NCBI GenBank assembly: GCA_045542575.1
Contig: JAZQLG010000039.1
Span: 38,716-102,715, forward strand
Source of the DNA: Faecousia sp.
Lineage (GTDB): Bacteria > Bacillota > Clostridia > Oscillospirales > Oscillospiraceae
Reading direction: 5' to 3'
DNA: 64,000 bases
Shown here in pieces: positions 1 to 12,310 of the stretch; position 1 is the stretch's first letter; each line of letters opens with the position of its first letter. The position numbers and the translations under genes were made by a program. The notes beneath the pieces were generated by a model, which ran no database searches, had not been told where the DNA came from, and saw only the letters and a program-made list of their open reading frames with translations.

Positions 1-822
1 AAAGTGAAGAACAGCGAAGCAAGCATGTGTTTCTGTTTCTGCATAGCCCACAACATCAGTATCTGCAGGCTTTCCTGCTGTCACAAGCTGCTTTTGTCCC
101 AGGGCCATAATGGCCTTGTATCTGTCACGAAGCTGGGCAGCCAGTTCAAAATTAAGGTTATCAGAGCACTCCGTCATTTGCTTTTTAATGTCTTCAGAAA
201 CTTTACTGTAATTACCGGAGAGAAGCTCCCTTGCTTGGTCCATTCGCTTAGCGAATTCCGCTTGACAAGTCTTATCTTGGCACCAGCCGTCACATTGATT
301 CATATGATAATGCAGGCACACTCTATCCTTTCCAATGTCACGGGGAAACTTCTTTCCACAGCTTGGCAGGTGTAAAATACGGCGAATACTCTCAAGCAAA
401 TTTTGCGTAACGCCTCGGCTGCCAAAAGGGCCATAATATTGCGCACCGTCGCTGGCGATTTTGTTAACCATAGTCAGTTCAGGAAACGCGTCCCTGGAAC
501 TTAAGCGAACATAAGGATACCCTTTATCATCCTTTAAAAGAATATTGTATTTTGGGCTGTGCCGTTTGATCAGCGAACACTCCAGCACCAACGCTTCAAA
601 TTCACTGGCAGCGACAATTACATCAAAATCGTCAACAGTGCCTACCATTTTCCTTGTCTTAGGTGAGTGGGAGGCAGTATCCTGGAAATACTGAGAAACT
701 CTGTTTTTAAGCTTCTTTGCTTTACCGACATAAATAACCTGTCCGGATTTGTCCTTCATCAGATAAACACCCGGACTATATGGCAGTCGGAGTGCTTTTT
801 GTTTTAGTTTTTCAATACTCAT
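1..822 (-). CDS. uvrC: Excinuclease ABC subunit C, 5' part (runs off the window)
   Basis: Not in the ORF track. Hand translation from ATG at 822 gives MSIEKLKQKALRLPYSPGVYLMKDKSGQVIYVGKAKKLKNRVSQYF, the GIY-YIG N-terminus of UvrC; further in-frame segments (LECSLIKRHSPKYNILLKDDKGYPY) match too. Confidence 0.95.
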   Translation of the reverse strand, partial: MSIEKLKQKALRLPYSPGVYLMKDKSGQVIYVGKAKKLKNRVSQYFQDTASHSPKTRKMVGTVDDFDVIVAASEFEALVLECSLIKRHSPKYNILLKDDKGYPYVRLSSRDAFPELTMVNKIASDGAQYYGPFGSRGVTQNLLESIRRILHLPSCGKKFPRDIGKDRVCLHYHMNQCDGWCQDKTCQAEFAKRMDQARELLSGNYSKVSEDIKKQMTECSDNLNFELAAQLRDRYKAIMALGQKQLVTAGKPADTDVVGYAETETHACFAVLHF

Positions 823-831
823 AAATCTAAC

Positions 832-871
832 CAAAAACCGCCTCAATGCGCATTCGTTGCATTGAGGCGGT
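832..871 (-). terminator. Intrinsic terminator after the HPr gene
   Basis: 13-bp inverted repeat ACCGCCTCAATGC/GCATTGAGGCGGT followed by a T-run on the minus strand. Confidence 0.75.
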
Positions 872-883
872 AAATCCTACAGA

Positions 884-1144
884 TTAGTATACATCACGAA
901 GAAGCAAAGCCTCAAGGGATTTAATTGCATCCTGGGCATCATTGCCATCGGCACTCAATGTAACAGTGGCACCGGTGATGATCCCAAGAGACATAATGCC
1001 CAACAAGCTTTTTGCGTTCATCTTTCGGTTCTCGGATTCCAGGTAGATGCTGCTGTCGAACTCATTTGCTTTTTGAACAAAGTAAGTTGCCTGCTTGTTG
1101 TGCAGACCGGATTCACATCTTACCACAATTTCCTTACTAATCAT
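884..1144 (-). CDS. HPr-family phosphocarrier protein
   Basis: GLH (His15) and NAKSLLG (Ser46) motifs; AAGGAG RBS before ATG at 1144. Confidence 0.9.
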   Translation of the reverse strand: MISKEIVVRCESGLHNKQATYFVQKANEFDSSIYLESENRKMNAKSLLGIMSLGIITGATVTLSADGNDAQDAIKSLEALLLRDVY

Positions 1145-1252
1145 AATTAACTCCTTAAATTCGATGCCCAAGGGCATATGTCATTCTATTTAGTATGATA
1201 CCAAAAATGTGGAAAATGTCAACCAATTTCCCAGAAAATTCCAAGGAAACAA

Positions 1253-3631
1253 TTACTTAAATTCAGCAATAGTTACACCATCCTCACCTTCGCCGTAAAG
1301 TCCCAGACGGAAAGACTTCACATACTTGTTTCGTTTGAGGCTTTGGTGAACAGCTGCGCGCAGTGTGCCGGTTCCCTTCCCGTGGATAATGCGAACTGTA
1401 GGTAAATTCCCTCGCATCGCTTCATCCATATATCGTTCAAGAACAGCAATAGCTTCAATGCTGTCCATTCCACGAAGGTCAACCTCTTGGCTCATTGCCT
1501 GCATCTTCATTTCGCGGCCGGAGTGTGCCGGTCTGCCTGACTTCTTCAGTGAAGTATTTTTCTCTTCCAGCAAGTAGATCTCATCGGCCTTTGCTGTCAT
1601 TTTCAGAATTCCGGCCTGCAATTCATATGTGCCGTCTTTCTTGATCGCAATGACGCTGGCTTTTGTGCCAAGTTTCAGCAGTTCAACCGTATCACCAATT
1701 ATTATTTCACGACTTGGCGTGGGACGTTCCTTGGGCTTTTGGGTTGCAAGGAGCTGATCTTCGGCATCATTCAAGCTCTTTCGTAATGCGCTTTGCCTTT
1801 GGTTAATTCCCTGGACATCAGCATTATCCGCCAATTGCTTGCGTATTGCCTTAATCTCCTCTGTTGCGGCATTGGCTGTCCGCCGAGCTTGTTCGATAAT
1901 GCGCAGTGCTTCTTCCCTTGCCTTCTGCAGTGCAATTTCCTTTTCATTTTGCAGCTGCAGAGCATATTGCTCCGATTGCTCCTTCGCTCTCTGGGTTTCT
2001 GCCTGTAATCGCTGCGCCTCTAATTTCGCCGCTTCCATTTGCTGCCGCTGCTGCTCTAACTGGGTAAGAACATCCTCAAAATCCTTATCATTTTGGTTGA
2101 CAAGGTCCGCAGCCTTCTTCAAAATATCTTCAGACAAGCCCAATTTACGGGAAATGGCAAACGCATTGGATTTCCCCGGGATACCAATGAGCAATTTGTA
2201 GGTGGGCTGTAGTGTTTCCACATCAAATTCGCAGCTGGCATTGATCACGCCGGGTGTGCGCATTGCATACAACTTCAGCTCTGCGTAGTGTGTAGTAGCC
2301 ATAACGGTCGCGCCCATTGTTCTGCAAAACTCAATCAAAGAAATAGCCAGAGCGGCACCTTCAGCAGGATCTGTTCCGGCACCTAACTCATCAAACAGGA
2401 TCAGGGTGCGGTTATCGCATTGGGTCGTCACATCCACAATGGTTCGCATATGGCTGGAGAAGGTAGATAAGCTCTGCGCAATGGATTGTTCATCACCAAT
2501 ATCTGCCAAAATAGCATCAAAGGTTGAGAGCTCACTGCCATCACCGGCAGGAATATGCAAGCCGCACTCTGCCATAAGGGTCAAAAGACCAACTGTCTTG
2601 AGCGTGACTGTTTTACCGCCGGTGTTTGGACCGGTAATGATCATCGTGTCGAATTCTGTGCCTAAGCGAAGGGAAATAGGGACAACCTTTGCTGGGTCAA
2701 TCAAGGGGTGCTTTGCGTTACGCAGCACAACTCTCCCCTCTTCGTTCATCAATGGTGCATGGGCTCCCATTCTGTATGCAAGTTTTGCTTTCGCAAAAAG
2801 AACATCCAATTTGACCAAAAGCAGATAATTGAGGTTAAGTTCCTCTCTGTAGGCAGCCACATCCGATGAAAGCTCTGCCAGGATACGCTCAATTTCTTCC
2901 TTTTCCTTGATCTCCAGTTCTTTAAGCGCGTTATTCGCATTGACTGCGGACATAGGTTCCACAAAATAGGTGGATCCCGTGGCAGACACATCATGGACGA
3001 GTCCGGGAACATCATTCTTGCATTCGCTCTTTACCGGTACAACATATCTGCCCTGCCGAATCGTAATAATAGGCTCCCTAAGGAATTTGGAATATGACGG
3101 AGAAGAAATGACCTTCTGAAGGGAATCCTTGATCTTCGCGCTTTGAATTCGCATATGGCGACGAATATCTGACAGGGTCGGACTTGCATTGTCAGCAATT
3201 TCTTCCTCAGAAAGGATCGCCCCTAATATTTTATCTTCCAAGAATTTATTTGGTGTCACCGCTCTGAACAATGGGTCAAGAATTGTTTCCCGATCATCGT
3301 CAGAGATATATCCACGCACATTCCTGGCTATTCGCAGCAGGCTGCCGACTGCCAGCAGTTCTTTTGGATGCAATGATCCACCTTTATTCGCTCTATCAAG
3401 TGAAGCGGTAATGTCGCTGATCCCCGAAAAGTGCGGGTATCCCTTTCGGGCGCTGAGATCCCATGCAGCAGAAGTTTCGTCCAGTAAGGTCTTTACATCC
3501 TCCAGATCAGAAACCGGCATCAGTGCCAGACAAGCTGCCTTTCCGTCTACAGAACCGGCGCAATCGGCAAGCTGGGAAAGAATTTGATTCAGTTCCAGTT
3601 TTAATAGAGATTTTTCGTATAGTGTGGACAT
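1253..3631 (-). CDS. mutS2: MutS2 (endonuclease / ribosome-collision factor) with C-terminal Smr domain
   Basis: TGPNTGGKT Walker A, STFSSHM, DELGAGTDP and Smr motif IIHGKGTG. Confidence 0.97.
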   Translation of the reverse strand: MSTLYEKSLLKLELNQILSQLADCAGSVDGKAACLALMPVSDLEDVKTLLDETSAAWDLSARKGYPHFSGISDITASLDRANKGGSLHPKELLAVGSLLRIARNVRGYISDDDRETILDPLFRAVTPNKFLEDKILGAILSEEEIADNASPTLSDIRRHMRIQSAKIKDSLQKVISSPSYSKFLREPIITIRQGRYVVPVKSECKNDVPGLVHDVSATGSTYFVEPMSAVNANNALKELEIKEKEEIERILAELSSDVAAYREELNLNYLLLVKLDVLFAKAKLAYRMGAHAPLMNEEGRVVLRNAKHPLIDPAKVVPISLRLGTEFDTMIITGPNTGGKTVTLKTVGLLTLMAECGLHIPAGDGSELSTFDAILADIGDEQSIAQSLSTFSSHMRTIVDVTTQCDNRTLILFDELGAGTDPAEGAALAISLIEFCRTMGATVMATTHYAELKLYAMRTPGVINASCEFDVETLQPTYKLLIGIPGKSNAFAISRKLGLSEDILKKAADLVNQNDKDFEDVLTQLEQQRQQMEAAKLEAQRLQAETQRAKEQSEQYALQLQNEKEIALQKAREEALRIIEQARRTANAATEEIKAIRKQLADNADVQGINQRQSALRKSLNDAEDQLLATQKPKERPTPSREIIIGDTVELLKLGTKASVIAIKKDGTYELQAGILKMTAKADEIYLLEEKNTSLKKSGRPAHSGREMKMQAMSQEVDLRGMDSIEAIAVLERYMDEAMRGNLPTVRIIHGKGTGTLRAAVHQSLKRNKYVKSFRLGLYGEGEDGVTIAEFK

Positions 3632-3649
3632 ACCTGTCTCCTGTGTTCG

Positions 3650-4390
3650 TTAAATTAACAAAGTTTTATAGAAATCTAATGTAGAAAAGCCTCGTTCTAA
3701 TTGTGTAACAAGGTAGCCCTCTGTAACCTGAGAAAGCTGCTCCAGTGTTTCTGCGCCAAGGGAAAACGAAAAGAGCTTTTTGCCATTACAGCAGCAAATA
3801 TATCGCATTGCATCAAGTGTACCAGGTAGTATGGGAAGGCGGATCCCGTCCTGGCTGCCTCCGCAATGGCTGCATTCCAGGTGTCCCTGCGTTAAGTTAA
3901 AGCGGTCCGGGTTCTCCTTCTGACAATAAAAGCAGGCCTGCAGATCAGGTTCATAACCGCCCAAAACAGCAATTCGCATTTCAAAAACAGCCTTGACCTG
4001 CGATTCAGGAACAGGAAGCCTGCACAAAGCATACATACAATTCAAAAGCAGTGACAGCAGCTGCGGATTTGGCATATCCTCCTGTGACATAACGTCTGCT
4101 ACCTGTGCAAAATATGTAGCAAGCGAAAGCTTTTGCAGATCTTTGCGCAGCGGGTGGAATAGCTCTATAACGGAGGCTTCATTGATTGTAAAATACCCCT
4201 TGTTCTCAAAGAGAGTAAAGCTTGAATAACCAAGAAGCTGACAGGAAGCAGTAAGGGGGCTGTTCTTTCGACGCAGCCCCCGTGCCTTAAGCGTCATTTT
4301 CCCTCTGTCCTGGGTTAACACGGTAAGCAACGCGTCTGTATCATTATAAGTGGTGACACGTAGTATAAGTCCCTGAATCGTCAGATACAT
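3650..4390 (-). CDS. recO: DNA repair protein RecO
   Basis: N-terminal OB-fold pattern (LTQDRGK..ARG), CxxC..CxxC zinc motif, position downstream of era. Confidence 0.93.
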   Translation of the reverse strand: MYLTIQGLILRVTTYNDTDALLTVLTQDRGKMTLKARGLRRKNSPLTASCQLLGYSSFTLFENKGYFTINEASVIELFHPLRKDLQKLSLATYFAQVADVMSQEDMPNPQLLSLLLNCMYALCRLPVPESQVKAVFEMRIAVLGGYEPDLQACFYCQKENPDRFNLTQGHLECSHCGGSQDGIRLPILPGTLDAMRYICCCNGKKLFSFSLGAETLEQLSQVTEGYLVTQLERGFSTLDFYKTLLI

Positions 4391-4490
4391 AATCGTCCTC
4401 CGCTTGCCTCGCCTTACTGTACAATAGATATAATTCCGGCGCTCCGGTATCCAGAAACGCCCGCCAAAGCTCTCTAGATCTCATATTCAT
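4344..4490 (-). CDS. YqzL-like small protein (48 aa)
   Basis: Not in the ORF track. GGAGG RBS, then MNMRSRELWRAFLDTGAPELYLLYSKARQAEDDYVSDDSGTYTTCHHL; the W..F..TG....YLLY motif and the era-yqzL-recO order are conserved in Firmicutes. Confidence 0.7.
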   Translation of the reverse strand: MNMRSRELWRAFLDTGAPELYLLYSKARQAEDDYVSDDSGTYTTCHHL

Positions 4491-4538
4491 CCCTCCAATG
4501 GTAGGATTTGCAGAGGGAAAATAAATTAATCTTGGTAA

Positions 4539-5426
4539 TTATTCTCTGTAACCAAAATTCCGTACAAGGAAATCACTGTCACGCCAGTTTTCCTTGACAC
4601 GCACCCAGGTCGTCAAGTAAACCTTGGTCCCCATAAAACGCTCGCAGTCAGCCCTTGCCATACTGGAGATCTTCTTCAGCATTTCGCCTTTTTTTCCGAT
4701 AATAATGCCTTTATGGCTGGCTTTTTCACAGTAAATAGTGGCATCAATATCAATAATACCGTTTTCTCTTTCGGAAAATTTTGTGATCTCGACGGCTGTG
4801 CCGTGAGGCACTTCCCGATCCAGAGTCCACAAAAGCTTTTCACGGATAATTTCTGCCATCACCTGGCGCTCCGGCTGATCCGTCGTTATATCGTCTTCAT
4901 AAAGGAACGGACCTTCCACAGCATACTTCTCGCAGACAGAAAGCAGCTGCTCTACTCCATCACCGGTTTTGGCGCTGATGGGAATAATGGCCTCGAAATC
5001 ACCGACCTTTGCATAGGTATCTATCACGGTCAGCAGGTTCTCTTTTTCAATGCTGTCAATCTTATTGATAACCAAAACAACAGGGCAATTTTTCGCACTC
5101 AGCTGAGAAATCAGGCTTTCTTCCTGTGGTCCAACAGAGGCAATTGGCTCAACCATCAAAATCGTCATATCCACGTCGGCAATAGAATCCTTCGTAACGC
5201 CAACCATATAGTCTCCCAGCTTTGTTCTGGGTTTGTGGAAACCGGGAGTGTCAATAAAGACAAACTGGGTATTTTCTCTTGTGACGATACCGCAAATTCG
5301 GTTGCGAGTGGTTTGAGGCTTGTTGGAAACGATTGCAATTTTCTCTCCAACAAGATAGTTCGTCAGTGTGGACTTGCCCACATTGGGCCGTCCTGCAATG
5401 GTAATCATAGCGGTCTTTGTTGCCAT
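4539..5426 (-). CDS. era: GTPase Era
   Basis: GRPNVGKST, DTPG, NKID and KH domain (GIIIGKKG). Confidence 0.98.
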   Translation of the reverse strand: MATKTAMITIAGRPNVGKSTLTNYLVGEKIAIVSNKPQTTRNRICGIVTRENTQFVFIDTPGFHKPRTKLGDYMVGVTKDSIADVDMTILMVEPIASVGPQEESLISQLSAKNCPVVLVINKIDSIEKENLLTVIDTYAKVGDFEAIIPISAKTGDGVEQLLSVCEKYAVEGPFLYEDDITTDQPERQVMAEIIREKLLWTLDREVPHGTAVEITKFSERENGIIDIDATIYCEKASHKGIIIGKKGEMLKKISSMARADCERFMGTKVYLTTWVRVKENWRDSDFLVRNFGYRE

Positions 5427-5440
5427 AATCTAATCCTCTC

Positions 5441-5944
5441 TTATGTGCGTTCCATTCCGGATATGGTTTTGGCGATTGCTTCCTCTCTTGCACGCATCTG
5501 GGCTTTTTGCGGACCTTCATCAAGGTGATCATACCCCAAAAGATGCAACATGGAATGGATCGTCAGGTAACCAACCTCTCTTTTGAGACTATGCCCAAAG
5601 GATGCCGCCTGTTCCCTGGCCCGCTCTAAAGAAATCGCCATATCTCCAAGGGGACATAGCCCCGTATCTGGGTCAAGATACTCTGTCCAATCCATCGGAG
5701 GGTTTCCGGCAGATAAATCAAACATCGGAAAACTCAGAACATCCGTCGCACGATCAATATTGCGACTGGCGGCATTGATTGCGCGGATGTTTTGATCATC
5801 TGTTACAAGCACGTTGATTTCAAAAGGTGCATTTATCCCCTCTTCGCGGAAGGTGGCGCGGATACACTTGCGAATAATAGAAGCAACAGCAATTCTTTGC
5901 AGTGTCCGGCACTGAAATGTGAGGTTAATTTTTATGTTGTTCAT
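5441..5944 (-). CDS. ybeY: rRNA maturation endoribonuclease YbeY
   Basis: TDVLSFP and HSMLHLLGYDH motifs. Confidence 0.96.
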   Translation of the reverse strand: MNNIKINLTFQCRTLQRIAVASIIRKCIRATFREEGINAPFEINVLVTDDQNIRAINAASRNIDRATDVLSFPMFDLSAGNPPMDWTEYLDPDTGLCPLGDMAISLERAREQAASFGHSLKREVGYLTIHSMLHLLGYDHLDEGPQKAQMRAREEAIAKTISGMERT

Positions 5945-6959
5945 ATGTTTTTTTCCTCTGGTAGCGGCCACTTACGGCACGGATAGGCTTCTTTTCATCT
6001 TTCTTATCAGCAGCTTCATATGCATTAATGATTTTCTGGACCAATGCGTGCCGAACCACATCAGCAGAAGTAAGCCTGCAAATAGCAATATCGTCAACAT
6101 TCTGCAGAACACGGATCGCATCCTTTAATCCGGAGGTTTTATCGGCAGGTAGATCTATCTGCGTTACATCACCGGTGATAACGATCTTGGAGCCAAAGCC
6201 CAACCGTGTAAGAAACATTTTCATTTGTTCCTTCGTGGTATTTTGCGCCTCGTCCAGGATAATAAAGCTGTCATCCAAAGTGCGGCCGCGCATATATGCC
6301 AGGGGCGCTACTTCGATAGAGCCCCTTTCCTGATACTTTTGGAAGGTTTCAGGACCGAGCATATCGTAAAGGGCATCATATAGGGGGCGCAGATAGGGAT
6401 CAACTTTATTCTGCAGGTCGCCGGGAAGAAAGCCAAGTCGTTCGCCGGCTTCAACAGCAGGTCGTGTAAGAATGATCCGATTGACTGTCCGTTCACGAAA
6501 GGCAGCTACAGCCGCGGCTACAGCGAGATAAGTTTTGCCGGTACCGGCAGGGCCAACGCCAATGGTTACAGTGTTTTTGGAAATAGCCCGCATATAATTC
6601 TGCTGCCCCACCGTTTTGGCCTTGATTGGCTTCCCTTTTGCGGTAATACACACAACATCCTTCGCAATCTGCTGGACCTGGGATTCATTTCCCTCCTGCA
6701 CAAGTGTGATAAGGTAGCGCACGCGCTGCTCATCGATTTCTTCGCCCTTAGACGCCAGCGAGAGCAAGCCTTCCAGTGTATGCACTGCCTTCTGTGCAGC
6801 TTCCTCATCACCGCACACCTTCAGATCTGTTCCTCTGTTTGCAATGGTAACGCCAAATGCTTCCTCAATATGGCGAATATTCTCATCGAATGAACCAAAG
6901 ACAGTGATCAGGTCCTCGATTCGTTCTGCATTTACACTTCTCTCAATCGTTTTCCCCAT
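5925..6959 (-). CDS. phoH: PhoH-family ATPase
   Basis: GPAGTGKT, RPAVEAGERLGFLPG, YMRGRT, DEAQN. Confidence 0.95.
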   Translation of the reverse strand: MGKTIERSVNAERIEDLITVFGSFDENIRHIEEAFGVTIANRGTDLKVCGDEEAAQKAVHTLEGLLSLASKGEEIDEQRVRYLITLVQEGNESQVQQIAKDVVCITAKGKPIKAKTVGQQNYMRAISKNTVTIGVGPAGTGKTYLAVAAAVAAFRERTVNRIILTRPAVEAGERLGFLPGDLQNKVDPYLRPLYDALYDMLGPETFQKYQERGSIEVAPLAYMRGRTLDDSFIILDEAQNTTKEQMKMFLTRLGFGSKIVITGDVTQIDLPADKTSGLKDAIRVLQNVDDIAICRLTSADVVRHALVQKIINAYEAADKKDEKKPIRAVSGRYQRKKTYEQHKN

Positions 6960-8127
6960 ACTTATCTGTTATCCCCTTGTATTCGTAATCAGCAATCATT
7001 TCGCGACAATTATACACTCCGCGAATAAGATACACTTCCTCTGTAAAATCCTCAGTAATACTTTCTGACAGAATGCTGCCGGCAATCATTTCATTCTCAA
7101 GATAGTTCCGGGTATATGCTTTAAGCCATACGCAATCCTCTGCGCTGAAAGTAATTTGTTCTGTTTCATATAAGGTGATCGTTTCTGTAACAAAAGAAAC
7201 GGGCAACGCAAAGCCGCCGGGCAATACACATTCCTTTACCTCATACATTTTAACACAACTACCATCCAAAATTCCACTGTCTTTATTAAAATTTATTGTT
7301 TTTTTCCCAATAATCACATAGAAATTTTTGCTCGTTGAAATAATGCGTGTCCTTTTGTAGCCTTTAAGCAGTGCATTTGCCTGAATATTTCGTTTTGTGT
7401 CACCATAAACCTCACCGCTGGCACCTGTAAATTCGAGAATTTGACCGTTATCCCGGTAGCTGGATATTAGTGCCTGTCCCCTTTTGACTGCTTGGCCAGG
7501 TTGGCAAAGTGGCGTGCCGGAATGTACGATTATCTCTCTTACCACCGCATCCTGCATTGCCAATATGTCAGATAAAGAAATCTGATCTGTCGCCTTGTTT
7601 TCCGTATTCTTCTCCTGTACGCAGACCGTAGCAACACACCCAGCCGTGTTTACTCCTGCCCAGCCAAGTTCAGGGATCTTTGATAACAGTGCGTTTTTTA
7701 CACTCTCACTTCGAACATCTTTGGAGGATGCGCCCATTTGAATCCCACAGTCTGCTGCGCACTCCAAAATATATGTATCTGTCAACCTTTCAGCCCCGGA
7801 TACCCTAACAAAAAGGATTCGCGTTGGCAGCCAAAGAGCCAGGCACAACCATACGAGTACTCCAACAAGAATCAACGGCCTTCTCAGGATGTTGCGCATA
7901 TAGCAGATAAGTCCCGTAATGCCTTCTATGTCTACCCTGTCGCCGCGCTTTTCGCAAAGTTTTATGATCGTACGAATGTCCTTCCTGCTTGCTGTAAATT
8001 GAATTGAGAAAGCATCCAATGATACCACATCATATATGCAAACGCCGGTCTGCTGAATTTTTTGTAACACACCGGCAGGGTCTGCTGATGTGATTTTAAG
8101 ATAAGCTAAACCATCAAATTTATCCAT
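6943..8127 (-). CDS. yqfD: Sporulation protein YqfD
   Basis: One TM segment followed by POTRA-like and G.P...GQ.V..G..LIS motifs; yqfC-yqfD-phoH gene order. Confidence 0.85.
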   Translation of the reverse strand: MDKFDGLAYLKITSADPAGVLQKIQQTGVCIYDVVSLDAFSIQFTASRKDIRTIIKLCEKRGDRVDIEGITGLICYMRNILRRPLILVGVLVWLCLALWLPTRILFVRVSGAERLTDTYILECAADCGIQMGASSKDVRSESVKNALLSKIPELGWAGVNTAGCVATVCVQEKNTENKATDQISLSDILAMQDAVVREIIVHSGTPLCQPGQAVKRGQALISSYRDNGQILEFTGASGEVYGDTKRNIQANALLKGYKRTRIISTSKNFYVIIGKKTINFNKDSGILDGSCVKMYEVKECVLPGGFALPVSFVTETITLYETEQITFSAEDCVWLKAYTRNYLENEMIAGSILSESITEDFTEEVYLIRGVYNCREMIADYEYKGITDKYGEND

Positions 8128-8135
8128 ACACGCCC

Positions 8136-8411
8136 TTAACCTCTGATTAATTCCACACAGTTTATATTCCCTGTGATCACAAGGCTCTCTTTGGACATTC
8201 GTGCCAGTTTTAAGCAGCCTCCACGGATAACAATTTTTCCAAAGTGTACACCAATGTGGATCTCCATATCACTATAATCATAAATCCCAAGATGTCGTTC
8301 AATGTACAGCCGAGTATCACTGCACAGCTCTATGATCGGACGATTTGGCAGGCTTTCTCTGATGAGCTCATCGGATAATAGCCTCCGTACGGTTTTCGGC
8401 AACCTGCCCAT
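8136..8411 (-). CDS. yqfC: YabP/YqfC-family sporulation protein
   Basis: IERHLGIYDY and LVITGNI motifs; upstream of yqfD; AGGAGG RBS. Confidence 0.85.
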   Translation of the reverse strand: MGRLPKTVRRLLSDELIRESLPNRPIIELCSDTRLYIERHLGIYDYSDMEIHIGVHFGKIVIRGGCLKLARMSKESLVITGNINCVELIRG

Positions 8412-8431
8412 ATTGCCACCTCCTTAATGAA

Positions 8432-8476
8432 AGTGTATGTAAAGGGGTGCTGAAATTGCCTTCCATAACATAGATT
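8432..8476. promoter_or_regulatory. Divergent sigma-E-like -10 elements for yqfC and ylbJ
   Basis: CATACACT on the minus strand (8432-8439) and CATAGATT on the plus strand (8469-8476); both genes are sigma-E targets in B. subtilis. The -35 matches are weak. Confidence 0.5.
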
Positions 8477-8492
8477 CTTATGAGGTGCAAAT

Positions 8493-9380
8493 ATGAAAAC
8501 TGGAATATTGTATGTGATGCTCTTTGTGTATGCGCTGATGGACGCACAAACTGTAGTGAACGGAGCCATTGATGGCCTGCATCTTGCTATTACAGTGGTT
8601 ATCCCATCCCTTTTCCCATTCATTTTTCTTTGTACATTATGCAGCAATCACATTCTGGGAACGGAAAGTCCTGTTCTGCATCCGCTGGAAAAGCTTTGCG
8701 GCATGCCAAAAGGGAGCGGCAATTTGCTTATTCTCGGATTGTGCGGCGGGTATCCCGTCGGTGCGCAATGTGTCGCTTCGGCACATAAACAGGGTGCGAT
8801 TTCAAAGCAGGATGCTGAACGGCTGTTAGGATTTTGTAACAATGCGGGTCCAAGCTTTATCTTTGGGATGATCGGCAGCATATTAAAGGATATTCGGCTT
8901 TGCTGGCTTTTGTGGTTGAGTCAAATAATATCTTCCATTCTTGTAGGCATCACACTACCCAATAAAAGCAAAGCAAGCTGTTCCCTGCAACGCAGAAAAA
9001 GCAACAGCATCACAGAGGCGATGGATAACACGATCCATATCTGCAGTAAAATTGCGGGATGGGTAATTCTCTTTCGCGCAGTTCTGTCTGTTCTGGATAA
9101 ATGGTTTTTAAGCAGTTTGCCAGAACACAATGGTACCGTTATAGCAGGCTTGCTTGAACTCTCTAACGGCTGCGTCCGTCTGCAGTATGTAAATATGCCG
9201 ATGCTTCAGTTTATTTTGTGTGGCACGATATTGACCTTTGGAGGCATATGTGTACATTTACAAACAAAATCCGTAACAAATTCCTTATCTGCAAGATACT
9301 ATTTGCTCGGTAAAATACTGCAAACACTGTTCGTGTTACCAATTTTATTCATTCTTTGGAAAATTTCAGTAGCATTCTAA
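8493..9380 (+). CDS. ylbJ: Sporulation integral membrane protein, YlbJ-like
   Basis: VIPSLFPF, GGYPVGA, NNAGPSF, GLLELSNG and FGGICVHLQ motifs. Confidence 0.85.
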   Translation: MKTGILYVMLFVYALMDAQTVVNGAIDGLHLAITVVIPSLFPFIFLCTLCSNHILGTESPVLHPLEKLCGMPKGSGNLLILGLCGGYPVGAQCVASAHKQGAISKQDAERLLGFCNNAGPSFIFGMIGSILKDIRLCWLLWLSQIISSILVGITLPNKSKASCSLQRRKSNSITEAMDNTIHICSKIAGWVILFRAVLSVLDKWFLSSLPEHNGTVIAGLLELSNGCVRLQYVNMPMLQFILCGTILTFGGICVHLQTKSVTNSLSARYYLLGKILQTLFVLPILFILWKISVAF

Positions 9381-9420
9381 GATAAACTGTAGTATAATCC
9401 AATCAGAAAGGGGCGATTCT

Positions 9421-9630
9421 ATGCTTTTTCGGAAGAAAATGCCGCGTGCATGCAGCTACTGCCAATATGCAACCAAGATAAATGAAGACCAGATTCTTTG
9501 TATGAAGAAAGGCGTTCGCCCCGCATACAGTTCCTGCAGAAAGTTCTCCTATGACCCATGTAAGAGAATTCCGCCAAGGGCCAAAGCAATTGATTTTTCT
9601 AAATACAACGAGGACGATTTCACGCTATAA
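9421..9630 (+). CDS. Small Cys-rich hypothetical protein
   Basis: AGGGG RBS, TATAAT upstream, CxxC plus three further Cys, followed by a terminator. Confidence 0.75.
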   Translation: MLFRKKMPRACSYCQYATKINEDQILCMKKGVRPAYSSCRKFSYDPCKRIPPRAKAIDFSKYNEDDFTL

Positions 9631-9663
9631 AAAACCGGAAAGCACTGCTGTGCTTTCCGGTTT
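9629..9663. terminator. Bidirectional terminator between convergent genes
   Basis: AAACCGGAAAGCAC-TGCT-GTGCTTTCCGGTTT. Confidence 0.8.
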
Positions 9664-9666
9664 ATA

Positions 9667-12265
<2,599 letters not shown>

Positions 12266-12281
12266 AAAATCCCCCCGCAGG

Positions 12282-12310
12282 AGTATATGTGCAGGACGAA
12301 ATCTTATGAC
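12282..12310 (-). promoter_or_regulatory. Sigma-E-type promoter of yunB
   Basis: GTCATA-15 nt-CATATACT on the minus strand. Confidence 0.65.

Noticed and set aside
4-375. 123-aa plus-strand ORF
   Set aside because: It is antisense to uvrC, which the ORF track missed because the gene runs off the window.
1208-1216. Single DnaA-box match (TGTGGAAAA) upstream of the HPr gene
   Set aside because: One isolated 9-mer is expected by chance in 64 kb.
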